From Hyphomicrobiales bacterium (lineage in GTDB: Bacteria > Pseudomonadota > Alphaproteobacteria > Rhizobiales > Beijerinckiaceae), in the NCBI GenBank assembly GCA_028290705.1, contig JAQGJH010000014.1, positions 7,761 through 71,760 on the forward strand: a DNA stretch of 64,000 bases, written 5' to 3'. Under the pieces are notes generated by a model, which saw nothing but the letters and a program-made list of their open reading frames with translations, was not told the DNA's origin and did no database searches. Shown in pieces: positions 1 through 9,043 of this stretch. A program made the translations under genes and the position numbers. Numbering within the stretch: the first letter of the stretch is position 1; each line of letters begins with the position of its first letter.

Positions 1-1
1 C

Positions 2-310
2 CTGCGGTCCCGCCTCACCGGCATCGCCACGGGAGACCAGGCGCTGTTCATGCGCCGCGCGACGTTCCAGCAGGTCGGGGGGTTCGAGGATCTGCCGATC
101 ATGGAAGACATTGCGATCTCGCGCCGGCTCAAGCGCATCGGCCCGCCTGCGTGCCTGCCCGGGCCGGCGGTCACCTCGGGGCGTCGATGGGACCGGCACG
201 GAGCATGGCGCACGATTTTTTTGATGTGGCGGCTCCGCGGGGCCTATTTCATGGGCGCAAACGTGCACGAACTGGCGGTGAAATATGGCTATGGCGCAAG
301 ACGATCCTGA
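2..310 (+). CDS. GT2-type glycosyltransferase, TIGR04283-like (rSAM/selenodomain-associated, arsenosugar-type); 5' end outside window
   Basis: Frame is open from base 2: LRSRLTGIATGDQALFMRRATFQQVGGF..PIMED...TSGRRW. GDQ, MED and TSxRRW are hallmarks of this family; adjacent to TIGR04282-like and rSAM genes. Confidence 0.85.
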   Translation: MRSRLTGIATGDQALFMRRATFQQVGGFEDLPIMEDIAISRRLKRIGPPACLPGPAVTSGRRWDRHGAWRTIFLMWRLRGAYFMGANVHELAVKYGYGARRS

Positions 311-941
311 CGCTTCAAGGCCCGGGCTGCCGTTGGGGATCGCGGTCATGGCCCGCGCGCCGGTCGCGGGCGCGGCCAAGACGCGGCTCATTCCGCGTCT
401 CGGGCCTGAGGGCGCCGCCGCGCTGCATGCCCGGCTCGTCCTGCATTCGCTGAATCACGTGCAGGCGGCGCGCCCGACCGGCGCGACGCTCTGGTGCAGC
501 CCGGACGTTCATCACGGCTTCTTCGTGGAGTGTCGGGCGCGCTTCGACATCGATCTCGCGGCGCAGGGCGGCGGCGATCTGGGCGCGCGCATGCATGCGG
601 CCTTCGTGGCGCAGAACGCGCCCTTGCTGCTGATCGGAACGGACTGCCCGCTGCTGGGGACGGATCTCCTGCGTGAAGCTGCGGATGCGTTGATGGGCGG
701 ATGTGACGCCGTCTTCTGCCCCGCCGAAGACGGCGGCTATGCACTCGTCGGCTTGCGCGCGCCCTGCCCCGGCCTTTTCCACGAGATGGAATGGGGAACG
801 GAGCGCGTGATGAGCGAGACCCGCGCGAGGCTTTCCACCTTGGGGTTGAGCTGGCACGAAACGGCTCCGGTCTGGGACGTGGATCGCCCCGAAGACATCG
901 CTCGGCTTGCGGCGTTTCCTCACTTGATGGCGCGAGCTTGA
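285..941 (+). CDS. DUF2064 / TIGR04282-like transferase (rSAM/selenodomain-associated)
   Basis: MARAP.AG.AKTRL, Q.GGDLG.RM, IGTDCP, PAEDGGY.LVG, WGT and WDVD.PED motifs; overlaps upstream gene; start at 285 or 291. Confidence 0.88.
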   Translation: MAMAQDDPDASRPGLPLGIAVMARAPVAGAAKTRLIPRLGPEGAAALHARLVLHSLNHVQAARPTGATLWCSPDVHHGFFVECRARFDIDLAAQGGGDLGARMHAAFVAQNAPLLLIGTDCPLLGTDLLREAADALMGGCDAVFCPAEDGGYALVGLRAPCPGLFHEMEWGTERVMSETRARLSTLGLSWHETAPVWDVDRPEDIARLAAFPHLMARA

Positions 942-1009
942 CGGATCACGATTGCGTGCGGCTCGGCACTGTGTGTCGTCTCATGCGGGTATTTTGATAA
1001 GACGGTTCG

Positions 1010-2821
1010 ATGACCAGATCATTTCCAGCAGACGAGAGACTTCTCGTTTTCGGCGGCCCCTATTCCAATCTCCAGGCGACGCGGGCGGTTCTCGACCAGG
1101 CGAAACTGATGGGCTTCACGCCCGACCGCATCGTCTGCACGGGCGACATCGTCGCCTATGGCGCCGACGCGGCTGCCTGCGTGGACCTCATCGCGCACAG
1201 CGGCATTCGGGCGATTGCCGGAAACTGCGAGATTTCGCTCGCCGAAGAGGCGGCAGATTGCGGCTGCGGCTTCGCGCCAGGGTCGTCCTGCGATGTCGCC
1301 TCGAAGCGCTGGTTCGCGCATGCGCGCTCGTCGATTTCGGCAACACACATCGACTGGATGCGCGCCCTGCCGCGCCGCCTGGATCTCACGCTCAACGGGC
1401 TGAAGCTCGCAGTCGTGCACGGCGGGGTCACGGACGTGAGCCGCTTCGTCTTCGCGTCGACGCCCTCGCGCGTGAAGACTCTGGATGTCTCGCTGGCGGA
1501 CGCCGACGGCATCATCGCGGGTCATTGCGGCCTGCCGTTCACGCATGTCATGGGCGACAGGCTCTGGCACAATGCGGGCGCGATCGGCATGCCGGCGAAC
1601 GACGGAACGCCGCGCGTCTGGTTCAGCATCCTGTCGCCCGGAGAGTCGCGGCGTCGCCTCACGATCGAACATGTCGCGCTGGACTACGACCATGAAGGCG
1701 CGGCTCTGGCGATGCGCCGGGCGGATCTGCCGGAAAGCTATGCGGACGCGCTGATCTCGGGCCTCTGGCCCAGTTGCGACGTTCTGCCGGCGAGCGAAGC
1801 AAAGCGCACGGGCGAGCGGCTCGAGCCCTGGACGATGGAGTGGACAGCTGACGAGCCGCGCGACAGCGTCTGGCCAGACCGGCCTGCCCCGCGCTTGTCG
1901 GCCGGAAAGTTCTCCGATCCGGATCGGACCGCCAAGGGCGAGACACGCGCCCGCGTCGACTTGTCGGCGCTCGAAACCCTCTGGATCAATACCGGAACGC
2001 TCTGCAACCTGTCCTGCGCCAATTGCTACATCGAGTCGACGCCCCGCAACGACAGGCTCGTGTACATCACCGCCGGCGAAGTGCGCGACTATCTGGACGA
2101 GATTGCGCAGGAGCGGCTGGGCACGCGGCTCATCGGCTTCACGGGTGGCGAGCCGTTCCTCAATCGCGACCTGATCGGCATGCTGGAGGACGCACTGTCG
2201 CGTGGATTTGACGTACTGGTCCTGACCAACGCCATGAAACCGATGCAGCGCTCGAAGGAAGACCTGCTCGCGCTGAAATCGCGCTATGGCGCGAAGCTGC
2301 AGATGCGCGTCTCGATCGATCATTATACCCGCGAGTTGCACGAACTCGAGCGCGGACCGCGCAGCTGGCAGCCGACGCTCGAAGGCATGGGCTGGCTTTG
2401 CGCGGAGGGATTTGCGCCGAGCGTCGCGGGAAGGCTCTATTCGGGAGAGGCCGAGAGCGTGGTGCGGGCCGGCTATGCGTCGCTTTTCGCCGCCGAGGGG
2501 CTCGCGATCGACCCTTACGATCCAGTGGCGCTGATGTTGTTTCCAGAGATGGATGCCGGCGCCGACGTGCCGGAAATCACCGAAGATTGCTGGGGTATCC
2601 TCGGTAAGTCGCCCGGCGACGTCATGTGTTCGACGTCGCGCATGGTGGTGAAACGCAAGGGTGCTGAAAAGCCCGCTGTGCTCGCCTGCACGTTGCTCGC
2701 CTACGACGAGCGGTTTGAGTTGGGCGGCACCCTCAAGGATGCGGCGCAGGCGGTGGCGCTGAACCACCCACACTGCGCCACCTTCTGCGTGCTCGGCAGC
2801 GCCGCCTGCAGCCGCAGCTGA
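1010..2821 (+). CDS. Fusion: N-terminal atypical metallophosphoesterase + C-terminal ArsS-like radical SAM protein
   Basis: N-half: FGGPYSN, TGDIVAYG, AGNCE, VHG, GHCG, NAGAIGMP (calcineurin-like fold). C-half: TLWINTGTLCNLSCANC (CxxxCxxC), FTGGEP, VLTN, C-terminal HCATFCVLG. Confidence 0.85.
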   Translation: MTRSFPADERLLVFGGPYSNLQATRAVLDQAKLMGFTPDRIVCTGDIVAYGADAAACVDLIAHSGIRAIAGNCEISLAEEAADCGCGFAPGSSCDVASKRWFAHARSSISATHIDWMRALPRRLDLTLNGLKLAVVHGGVTDVSRFVFASTPSRVKTLDVSLADADGIIAGHCGLPFTHVMGDRLWHNAGAIGMPANDGTPRVWFSILSPGESRRRLTIEHVALDYDHEGAALAMRRADLPESYADALISGLWPSCDVLPASEAKRTGERLEPWTMEWTADEPRDSVWPDRPAPRLSAGKFSDPDRTAKGETRARVDLSALETLWINTGTLCNLSCANCYIESTPRNDRLVYITAGEVRDYLDEIAQERLGTRLIGFTGGEPFLNRDLIGMLEDALSRGFDVLVLTNAMKPMQRSKEDLLALKSRYGAKLQMRVSIDHYTRELHELERGPRSWQPTLEGMGWLCAEGFAPSVAGRLYSGEAESVVRAGYASLFAAEGLAIDPYDPVALMLFPEMDAGADVPEITEDCWGILGKSPGDVMCSTSRMVVKRKGAEKPAVLACTLLAYDERFELGGTLKDAAQAVALNHPHCATFCVLGSAACSRS

Positions 2822-2828
2822 ACCGCGA

Positions 2829-3452
2829 TCAGGCGAAGCCTTCGTCCTTGAGCACCTTGGCCACGGTCGGCCGGGCGCGCATGCGCTGGTAATGCGCCTC
2901 GAGGTTTTTCGGCAGCGGCGCCTTCAGGCGGCTCGGAATCCAGAAGGTGAAATAGAACAGCGCCGCATCCGCGATGCTCATGTCGCTTCCTCCGAGATAG
3001 TCGCGGCCCTCGAGCTTCTCGTCGAAGGTCTTCAGGCCCTTGTCGACGATTTCGTGGCCCTTCTTCTTGATTGCCGGGTAATCGGCTTCGTTGGGCGTGA
3101 AATGATCGGGCCGCCAGACACGCGTGAAACCCTGCATGTGCAGGCTGGCGACCACGTAGTCGACGGATTCGAGCGTGCGCGCGATGCCTTCGGGATCGGT
3201 CGGCAACAGTTTCTTCTCGGGGTTGGTCAACGCCAGCCAGGTGGCGATAGCGGGCCATTCGGTGAGAATACTGCCGTCGTCACGCACCAGGGCCGGCACC
3301 TTGGACTTCGGGTTCACCTTGACGAAATCCGGCTCGTATTGCTGGCGCGCAGCCAGATCCACCTTGGAAAGTTCGTAGGGCTTGCCGATTTCCTCGAGCA
3401 GGACGTGGATGCCGAGCGCGCAGGACCCGGGCGCATAGAACAGTTTCATCAT
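2829..3452 (-). CDS. Glutathione S-transferase (beta-class-like)
   Basis: MKLFYAPGSC, NPKSKVPAL, LTE..AI, SIAD motifs. Confidence 0.92.
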   Translation of the reverse strand: MMKLFYAPGSCALGIHVLLEEIGKPYELSKVDLAARQQYEPDFVKVNPKSKVPALVRDDGSILTEWPAIATWLALTNPEKKLLPTDPEGIARTLESVDYVVASLHMQGFTRVWRPDHFTPNEADYPAIKKKGHEIVDKGLKTFDEKLEGRDYLGGSDMSIADAALFYFTFWIPSRLKAPLPKNLEAHYQRMRARPTVAKVLKDEGFA

Positions 3453-3483
3453 TCGACGTTCTCCTTGCTGATCGAAGTCGCCA

Positions 3484-4512
3484 TCACTTTACACCGGATT
3501 CGCCGATGATCTTCGCAAAGCGGTCGGCCACGGGTTTCGGCGTGGCGACGATGTCGGCGACGATCTTCTCGAGTTCCACGCCCGCCACGGGATTGATGTC
3601 GAGCCGCTCGCGTGCGGCTTCGTCGAGAAACGCCTTGCTCTTCACCATCTCGTCGAAGGCCTGGCGCAGCATCTTCACGCGCTCCGGCGGCGTACCGGGC
3701 GGTCCGAAGATCGGCCGGCCGATGGTGGCGGGCGCGGAGATCATGCGCAGCACGCCTCGATCTTCCTCGTTGGTGGCGAGATCGATGAGCAGGGGAACGT
3801 CCGGCAGGTCGTCGGCCTTGGTGAGGCCGATCTGGACCAGGATGTTGATCTTCCTGTCCTTGACCCAATCGGGTTTCGTCGCCTTCCAGGAGGCCCACGG
3901 ATTACTTCCTCGCGAGCCGATTTCGCCGCTCTCCATCGCGAGATTCATCTCGTTGCCGCCCTTGTAGCCGCTCACAATCTTGAATTTCGTGCCGAGGATT
4001 GCGTTCATCACCTGGGGCAATTGCGCCGACGTGTTGGGGCCCGTCGCGCCGACGATCACCTCCTTCTGCTTGGCTTCGTCGATCGTCTTCACGCCCGTCG
4101 TGTGCCAGGTCACGGCCGTGTTGTTGTCGGCCGAAGGATTGCCGATCCAGACGAATTTGTTGACGTCGAACTGGATGGTGGGATCGCCGATCGCCTGCTG
4201 CAGGACGAGCGACTGGTCGGCCGTGGCGAGCGCCGTGCCGTCCTTGGGCGCGACGTTGTAGATGTAGCCCGCCAGCACGCGACCACCGCCGCCCGCCATG
4301 TTCTTGGGCACGATCCTGGGCTTGCCCGGCAGGAACTCGCCGAGATGGCGCGCCACCAGGCGCGCATAGGTGTCGTAGCCGCCCCCCGGCGCGTAGCCGA
4401 TGTAGAGATCGATCGTCTTGCCGCGATAGAACTCCGCGTCCTGCGCCTGTGCGCCGAGCGGTGCGAGCAGCGCCGCGGCGGCGACGAGACATGCGAGGCT
4501 TCTCATTTTCAT
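3484..4512 (-). CDS. Bug/TctC-family tripartite tricarboxylate transporter substrate-binding protein
   Basis: Signal peptide (AQA), FYRGKTI.LYIGYAPGGGYD.YAR, APKDGT, GYKGGNE...AM..GE, LPDVP. Confidence 0.9.
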   Translation of the reverse strand: MKMRSLACLVAAAALLAPLGAQAQDAEFYRGKTIDLYIGYAPGGGYDTYARLVARHLGEFLPGKPRIVPKNMAGGGGRVLAGYIYNVAPKDGTALATADQSLVLQQAIGDPTIQFDVNKFVWIGNPSADNNTAVTWHTTGVKTIDEAKQKEVIVGATGPNTSAQLPQVMNAILGTKFKIVSGYKGGNEMNLAMESGEIGSRGSNPWASWKATKPDWVKDRKINILVQIGLTKADDLPDVPLLIDLATNEEDRGVLRMISAPATIGRPIFGPPGTPPERVKMLRQAFDEMVKSKAFLDEAARERLDINPVAGVELEKIVADIVATPKPVADRFAKIIGESGVK

Positions 4513-4543
4513 TTTCTCTTTCCCCGTTGATGCACGTACGAGC

Positions 4544-5602
4544 TTACTTCTTCTCGCGCTCGATGAGCGACAGGATAGAGGCCAGCCGTTCGGTGACGGC
4601 CTTGGGCGTGTCGATGATGTCGCTCACGACCTTCTGCAGTTCGACGCCCGAGATCGGGTTGATGTCGAGGCCGGTCTTGCGCGCCTCCTCCAGGAAGGCC
4701 GGGTCCTTCATGGTGGCGTCGAAGGCGTCGCGCAGGGCCTTGACGCGTTCGGCCGGAACGCCCGGCGTCGTGAAGATCGGCCGGCCGACGTTCGGCGGCG
4801 CGGACACGAGGCGCAATGCGGCGCGATCCTCGTCGTTGCGCGCGAGATCGACCAGCAGCGGCACGTCGGGCAGGTCGGGCGATTTGCTCAAGCCGATCTG
4901 CACGAGGATGTTGAGCTTCTTGTCACGCACCCAGTCGGGCTTGCTGGCCTTCCAGGACGCCCAGCTGTTCGAGCCGCGGCCCGCGACCTCGCCGTTCTCC
5001 ATCGCGAGATTGACCTCGTTGCCGCCGGGATAGCCCATGATGATCTTGAATTTCGTGCCGACGAGCTGGTTCATCACCTGCGGATATTGCGACGAGGTGT
5101 TGAAGCCCGTGGCCCCGATGGCGATCTCCCGCTGGCGCGCATCCTCGACGGTCTTGACCGGCGACGTGTGCCAGGTGACGAGCGTGTTGTTGTCGACGAT
5201 CGGATTGCCGATCCAGAAGAAATTGCGCGAGTCGAACTGGATGCCCTTGTCGCCCACTGCCTGTTCGAGCGGGATCGACTGGTCGGCGGTCGCCAGAACC
5301 GTGCCGTCCTTGGGCGCGACCGTGTAGACGTAATTGGCGGCGACGCGGCTGCCCGCGCCCGTCATGTTGCGCGGGATGACGCGCGGCTTGCCGGGGATGT
5401 GTTCGCCGATGAAACGCGCCACCGTGCGGGCATAAAGGTCGTAGCCGCCCCCGACCGAGAAGCCGATGTAGAAATCGATCGTCTTGCCCTTGTAGAAATC
5501 CGCCACCGATTGTTGCGCCGCCGCGGGACTGGCGGCCAGCGCCAGAGCCAGTCCAGCGCCCAGCCACGCGGCCGTCGACGGGGTGCGTTGGAATCGGATC
5601 AT
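4544..5602 (-). CDS. Bug/TctC-family substrate-binding protein (tandem paralogue of 3484-4512)
   Basis: Start reset to ATG at 5602 after GGAGG; same motifs (GGGYDLYAR, APKDGT, GYPGGNE). Confidence 0.9.
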   Translation of the reverse strand: MIRFQRTPSTAAWLGAGLALALAASPAAAQQSVADFYKGKTIDFYIGFSVGGGYDLYARTVARFIGEHIPGKPRVIPRNMTGAGSRVAANYVYTVAPKDGTVLATADQSIPLEQAVGDKGIQFDSRNFFWIGNPIVDNNTLVTWHTSPVKTVEDARQREIAIGATGFNTSSQYPQVMNQLVGTKFKIIMGYPGGNEVNLAMENGEVAGRGSNSWASWKASKPDWVRDKKLNILVQIGLSKSPDLPDVPLLVDLARNDEDRAALRLVSAPPNVGRPIFTTPGVPAERVKALRDAFDATMKDPAFLEEARKTGLDINPISGVELQKVVSDIIDTPKAVTERLASILSLIEREKK

Positions 5603-5744
5603 TCTTTCCTCCGGGATTGCGTTTCCTCTTCGTCGCGTCCGCTTGTGCAGCGCGAGCGTTGTCCCGGGTATCTCCCGTTTTCGGTGCGGCTGGCAAGGGG
5701 TCGGCCGGCAGGCAGCTCCGGCGCGCGGCCCTCGGTCGCCGACT

Positions 5745-6782
5745 TCAGCCCCGCATGGTGCGCCGGGTTTCCGTCGGCGATTCACCGAAGGAGGCGCGAT
5801 AGTCGCGCGAGAACTGGCTGTCGCTGACGTAGCCGACCGAGGCTGCCACCGCATGGATCGAGCCGCCGCGCCCGTCGATCAGAGCGCGGCGCGCAAAGCT
5901 GAGCCGGATGTCGCGCAAGAAGGCCATGGGGGTGGCGCGCCGGTATTTGCGGAATCCGTATTGCAGCGTTCGCGGGCTGACGCCGCTGCCCAGCGCGATG
6001 GCGCCAACGTCCAGCGCCTCGGCGTGACGCTCACGGATCAGACGCTCGGCTCGGCGCATGTAGGCGGGAACGATGCGGTAGCGCTCGTGGATCGGGCGGC
6101 GCTCGACCTCGTGGCGCATGGTGCGCAGCAGGAGCTGGAGCAGGACGCGCTCGGCTTCGATGCCGATGGCGGGATCCGAGAAGGCGGAGTTCTCGGTTTC
6201 GAGATCGCGGACGATCATCTCGACGAAGCGCGTCAAGGTCTGGGCCTCGGCGAGATCGACCAGCGTCAGATCCGGAAAATGCAGCACACCGTCGGGTCCG
6301 GCGAATGCCTCGCGGGTGACGCTCTGATCGAGCGCGTCGCGATCGATCATGATGTTGAGCAGGTCGCACGGGCCTTCCCAGCGGCGGCGCGTCTCCCCGG
6401 CCGCGCTGACCACGAGAGCCGAGCCGGGCGCGACGTCCACCCAGTCGCCGGTCTGGCGCGCCTCGAAACTGCCGCGCAGAGGGATGTGGAGCGCCAGATG
6501 ATGATCGTGCGTGCGCCAGGTCGAGGTCTCGTAGCGGCCCTCACCTTCCCAGCTCAGGAACTTGACGTTCATGCGGCCGACGCGCGCCTCGGCGCCCCGG
6601 AAGCGCAGGAAACGGCCCGGCTCGATGGTCTCGAAGATGCACCGGCCCTTCGACATTTCGAGGATGCGCTGGCGGGTGGCGCCGTGGTCTGCCGCGAAAG
6701 GCGCGCCGGAGCGTTGCGCCAGCGTGGCGCAGCTCGAGATCCAGTCAAAGACCGGCGCTTTCGGGCCGAGCGACTTCAGCAT
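5745..6782 (-). CDS. AraC/XylS-family transcriptional regulator
   Basis: C-terminal double HTH: GVSPRTLQYGFRKYR..TPM..LR..RL..AR..L, SI..VA..VGY...SQFSRDYR..FGESP.ET. Confidence 0.9.
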   Translation of the reverse strand: MLKSLGPKAPVFDWISSCATLAQRSGAPFAADHGATRQRILEMSKGRCIFETIEPGRFLRFRGAEARVGRMNVKFLSWEGEGRYETSTWRTHDHHLALHIPLRGSFEARQTGDWVDVAPGSALVVSAAGETRRRWEGPCDLLNIMIDRDALDQSVTREAFAGPDGVLHFPDLTLVDLAEAQTLTRFVEMIVRDLETENSAFSDPAIGIEAERVLLQLLLRTMRHEVERRPIHERYRIVPAYMRRAERLIRERHAEALDVGAIALGSGVSPRTLQYGFRKYRRATPMAFLRDIRLSFARRALIDGRGGSIHAVAASVGYVSDSQFSRDYRASFGESPTETRRTMRG

Positions 6783-6848
6783 GGCGCGTTTTCCTCGGGT
6801 CCGGTATGGATGGCGGGACCATTGCCCAGCTTCGTCCGGGCTCTATCT

Positions 6849-6907
6849 TATCCGAAAGATGCTGAATCTTGCGCGTGCAGTCAAATGCTTGCGTTCTGTG
6901 ACAAACG
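6849..6907. promoter_or_regulatory. Candidate AraC/XylS operator array in the araC/ribB divergent intergenic region
   Basis: Two tandem 20-bp units, CTTGCGCGTGCAGTCAAATG (6868-6887) and CTTGCGTTCTGTGACAAACG (6888-6907), plus AGCA-N6-GGATA on the minus strand (6849-6863), resembling XylS TGCA-N6-GGNTA. Confidence 0.5.
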
Positions 6908-7035
6908 CCTCAGTCTACCAGCGCCGCAGGCCTTGACCCTCCCGTGGCGTCCACTGCAAGTTTCGCCCCAACGAGCCTCCGGCATGGTCGGCCAGAAGGC
7001 TCCCATCGGCCGGTCATCCGGCAAGTCGGCGGTCC

Positions 7036-8181
7036 ATGTCCCCACACAGTGCTTATCTCTCATCCATCGAAGACGTCATCGAAGACGCCCGCCAGGGCCG
7101 CATGTTCATCCTCGTCGACGACGAGGGGCGTGAAAACGAAGGCGACCTCGTCATCCCGGCGGAAAAGGCCGACGCGTCCGTCGTCAATTTCATGGCGCGG
7201 CACGGCCGCGGCCTGATCTGCCTGTCGATGACGCGCCAGCGCGTCGAGCAGCTCGGCCTGCAATATATGGCGCCCAAGAACCAGTCTCCGCACCAGACGG
7301 CCTTCACGGTCTCGATCGAGGCGCGCGAAGGGGTGACGACGGGCATTTCGGCCGCCGACCGCGCCCGCACCATCGAGGTCGCGATCGACCCCGGCAAAGG
7401 CCGCGTCGACATCGTCTCTCCCGGCCATGTCTTCCCGCTGGTCGCCCAGGACGGCGGCGTGCTGGTGCGCGCCGGTCATACCGAGGCCGCGGTCGACATT
7501 TCCCGGCTCGCCGGCATGAATCCCTCGGGCGTGATCTGCGAGATCATGAACGACGACGGCACCATGGCGCGGCTGCCCGACCTGGTGAAATTCGCGCAGC
7601 TGCACGGATTGAAGATCGCCACGATCGCGGATCTGATCGCCTATCGCCGGCGCAAGGAAAAGCTCGTCGACTCCATCGCCGAGACGCAGATCGTCAGCCG
7701 GTTCGGCGGCGAGTTCCGGGTGAAGATCTACGCCAACCGCATCGACTATGCCGAACATCTGGCGCTGGTCTGCGGCGACGTGACCGGCGAGGAGCCGGTG
7801 CTGGTGCGCATGCATCAGCACAATCTCCTGGCCGACAGTCTCGGCGACACGACGCCCGGCCAGTTCTTCGGCGGCGAGGCGCGGGCGCGCGGTGGCGAAC
7901 TCGAAGCCTCGATGCGGCTCATCGCCGAAAAGGGGCGCGGCGTGGTGGTGATCATCCGCGAGCCGTCGGCCACGAGCCTCAGCAATGCGGTGCGCGAGCG
8001 CGACGGCCAGGCGGCCAGCGTTCCGATCGCCGAGCTGCGCCAGTATGGCGTGGGCGCGCAGATCCTGCTGGACCTCGGCGTGCGCAACATCGTTCTGCTG
8101 TCGAATACGAAACGCACGGTCGTGGGGCTGGACGGGTACGGGATCTCGCTGGTCGGGCAGCATCCCATTCCGATTCTCTGA
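7036..8181 (+). CDS. ribB: 3,4-dihydroxy-2-butanone-4-phosphate synthase with degenerate GTP-cyclohydrolase-II-like C-terminal domain (RibBX type)
   Basis: DDEGRENEGD, GLICL, TAFTVSIEA..GVTTGISA.DRA, PGHVFPL, RAGHTEA, ICEIMNDDG. The C-domain LVRMH lacks the Zn-binding cysteines of RibA. Confidence 0.93.
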   Translation: MSPHSAYLSSIEDVIEDARQGRMFILVDDEGRENEGDLVIPAEKADASVVNFMARHGRGLICLSMTRQRVEQLGLQYMAPKNQSPHQTAFTVSIEAREGVTTGISAADRARTIEVAIDPGKGRVDIVSPGHVFPLVAQDGGVLVRAGHTEAAVDISRLAGMNPSGVICEIMNDDGTMARLPDLVKFAQLHGLKIATIADLIAYRRRKEKLVDSIAETQIVSRFGGEFRVKIYANRIDYAEHLALVCGDVTGEEPVLVRMHQHNLLADSLGDTTPGQFFGGEARARGGELEASMRLIAEKGRGVVVIIREPSATSLSNAVRERDGQAASVPIAELRQYGVGAQILLDLGVRNIVLLSNTKRTVVGLDGYGISLVGQHPIPIL

Positions 8182-8224
8182 AGACCGCCAAAACAACGGG
8201 AAACGCCAAGAGGAAGGGCCGAGC

Positions 8225-9010
8225 ATGTCAACGAACGAGAGGAAAAAAACCTCCGTCAAACTGGGAGGCATCACGCTGGAGGTGGAGCGCAGGGGCGCCG
8301 GACGCCCGCTGCTGCTTCTCGCCGGCGAGGAGCAGCTCGAACTCGATGCGCCCTTCGTCGACGAACTGGCCAGCAGCTTCGAGGTCATCATCCCCTCGCC
8401 TCCGGGCTTCGGCCAGTCCGAGCGGCCGGACTGGATCACCGGCCCGGACGACATCGCCTACATGTATCTCGACCTCATCGAGACGCTGGGCCTCACGGAC
8501 GTCACCGTGGTGGGGTTCTCGTTCGGCGGCTGGATCGCGGCGGAAGTCGCCACCAAGAACGACAGCGCGATCTCGAAGCTCGTGCTGGTGGACGCCTATG
8601 GGGTGAAGGTAGGCGGCCCGACCGACCGCGACATCATGGACATCTGGACGTCGCATCCTGCCAAGGTCGTCGCGGCCAAATGGGTCGATCCCGCCAAGGG
8701 CGAACGCGACTTCTCGAAGATGAACGACGAAGAATTGACCGTCGTGGCGCGCAACATCGAGAGCTTCGCGCGTTTCGGGTGGGAGCCCTACATGCACAAT
8801 CCCAAGCTGAAGCAGCGGCTGCATCGCATCAAGACGCCGACGCTGCTGATCTGGGGCGAAAAGGACGGCATCGTCGATACGCGTTACGGGGAGGCCTATG
8901 GCCGGCTCATTCCCGGATCGCGTTTCGCCGTCGTGCCGGGGGCCGGACATTATCCGCAACTGGAGGCTCCCCAAGCCTTCATGTCCGAATTGCGCAAGTT
9001 CATCGGCTGA
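8225..9010 (+). CDS. Alpha/beta-fold hydrolase
   Basis: PGFGQS, GFSFGG nucleophile elbow, TLLIWGEKD, GAGHYP; ATG at 8225 after GAGGAAGG. Confidence 0.9.
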   Translation: MSTNERKKTSVKLGGITLEVERRGAGRPLLLLAGEEQLELDAPFVDELASSFEVIIPSPPGFGQSERPDWITGPDDIAYMYLDLIETLGLTDVTVVGFSFGGWIAAEVATKNDSAISKLVLVDAYGVKVGGPTDRDIMDIWTSHPAKVVAAKWVDPAKGERDFSKMNDEELTVVARNIESFARFGWEPYMHNPKLKQRLHRIKTPTLLIWGEKDGIVDTRYGEAYGRLIPGSRFAVVPGAGHYPQLEAPQAFMSELRKFIG

Positions 9011-9043
9011 TCAGCCCATCGTCCATCCTGCAGGAGATTGAAC

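Noticed and set aside
2795-2850. TGA of the rSAM gene as selenocysteine (the family is selenodomain-associated)
   Set aside because: The position that can be Sec in relatives appears to be Cys here (GSAACS). Read-through would run antisense into the GST gene, and no SECIS-like hairpin is evident.
2829-3452. GST as part of the arsenic operon
   Set aside because: It is convergent with the rSAM gene and follows the Bug genes on the minus strand, so it more likely belongs to the catabolic unit.
6783-7035. FMN riboswitch upstream of ribB
   Set aside because: Conserved RFN motifs are not visible by eye; not tested with a covariance model.
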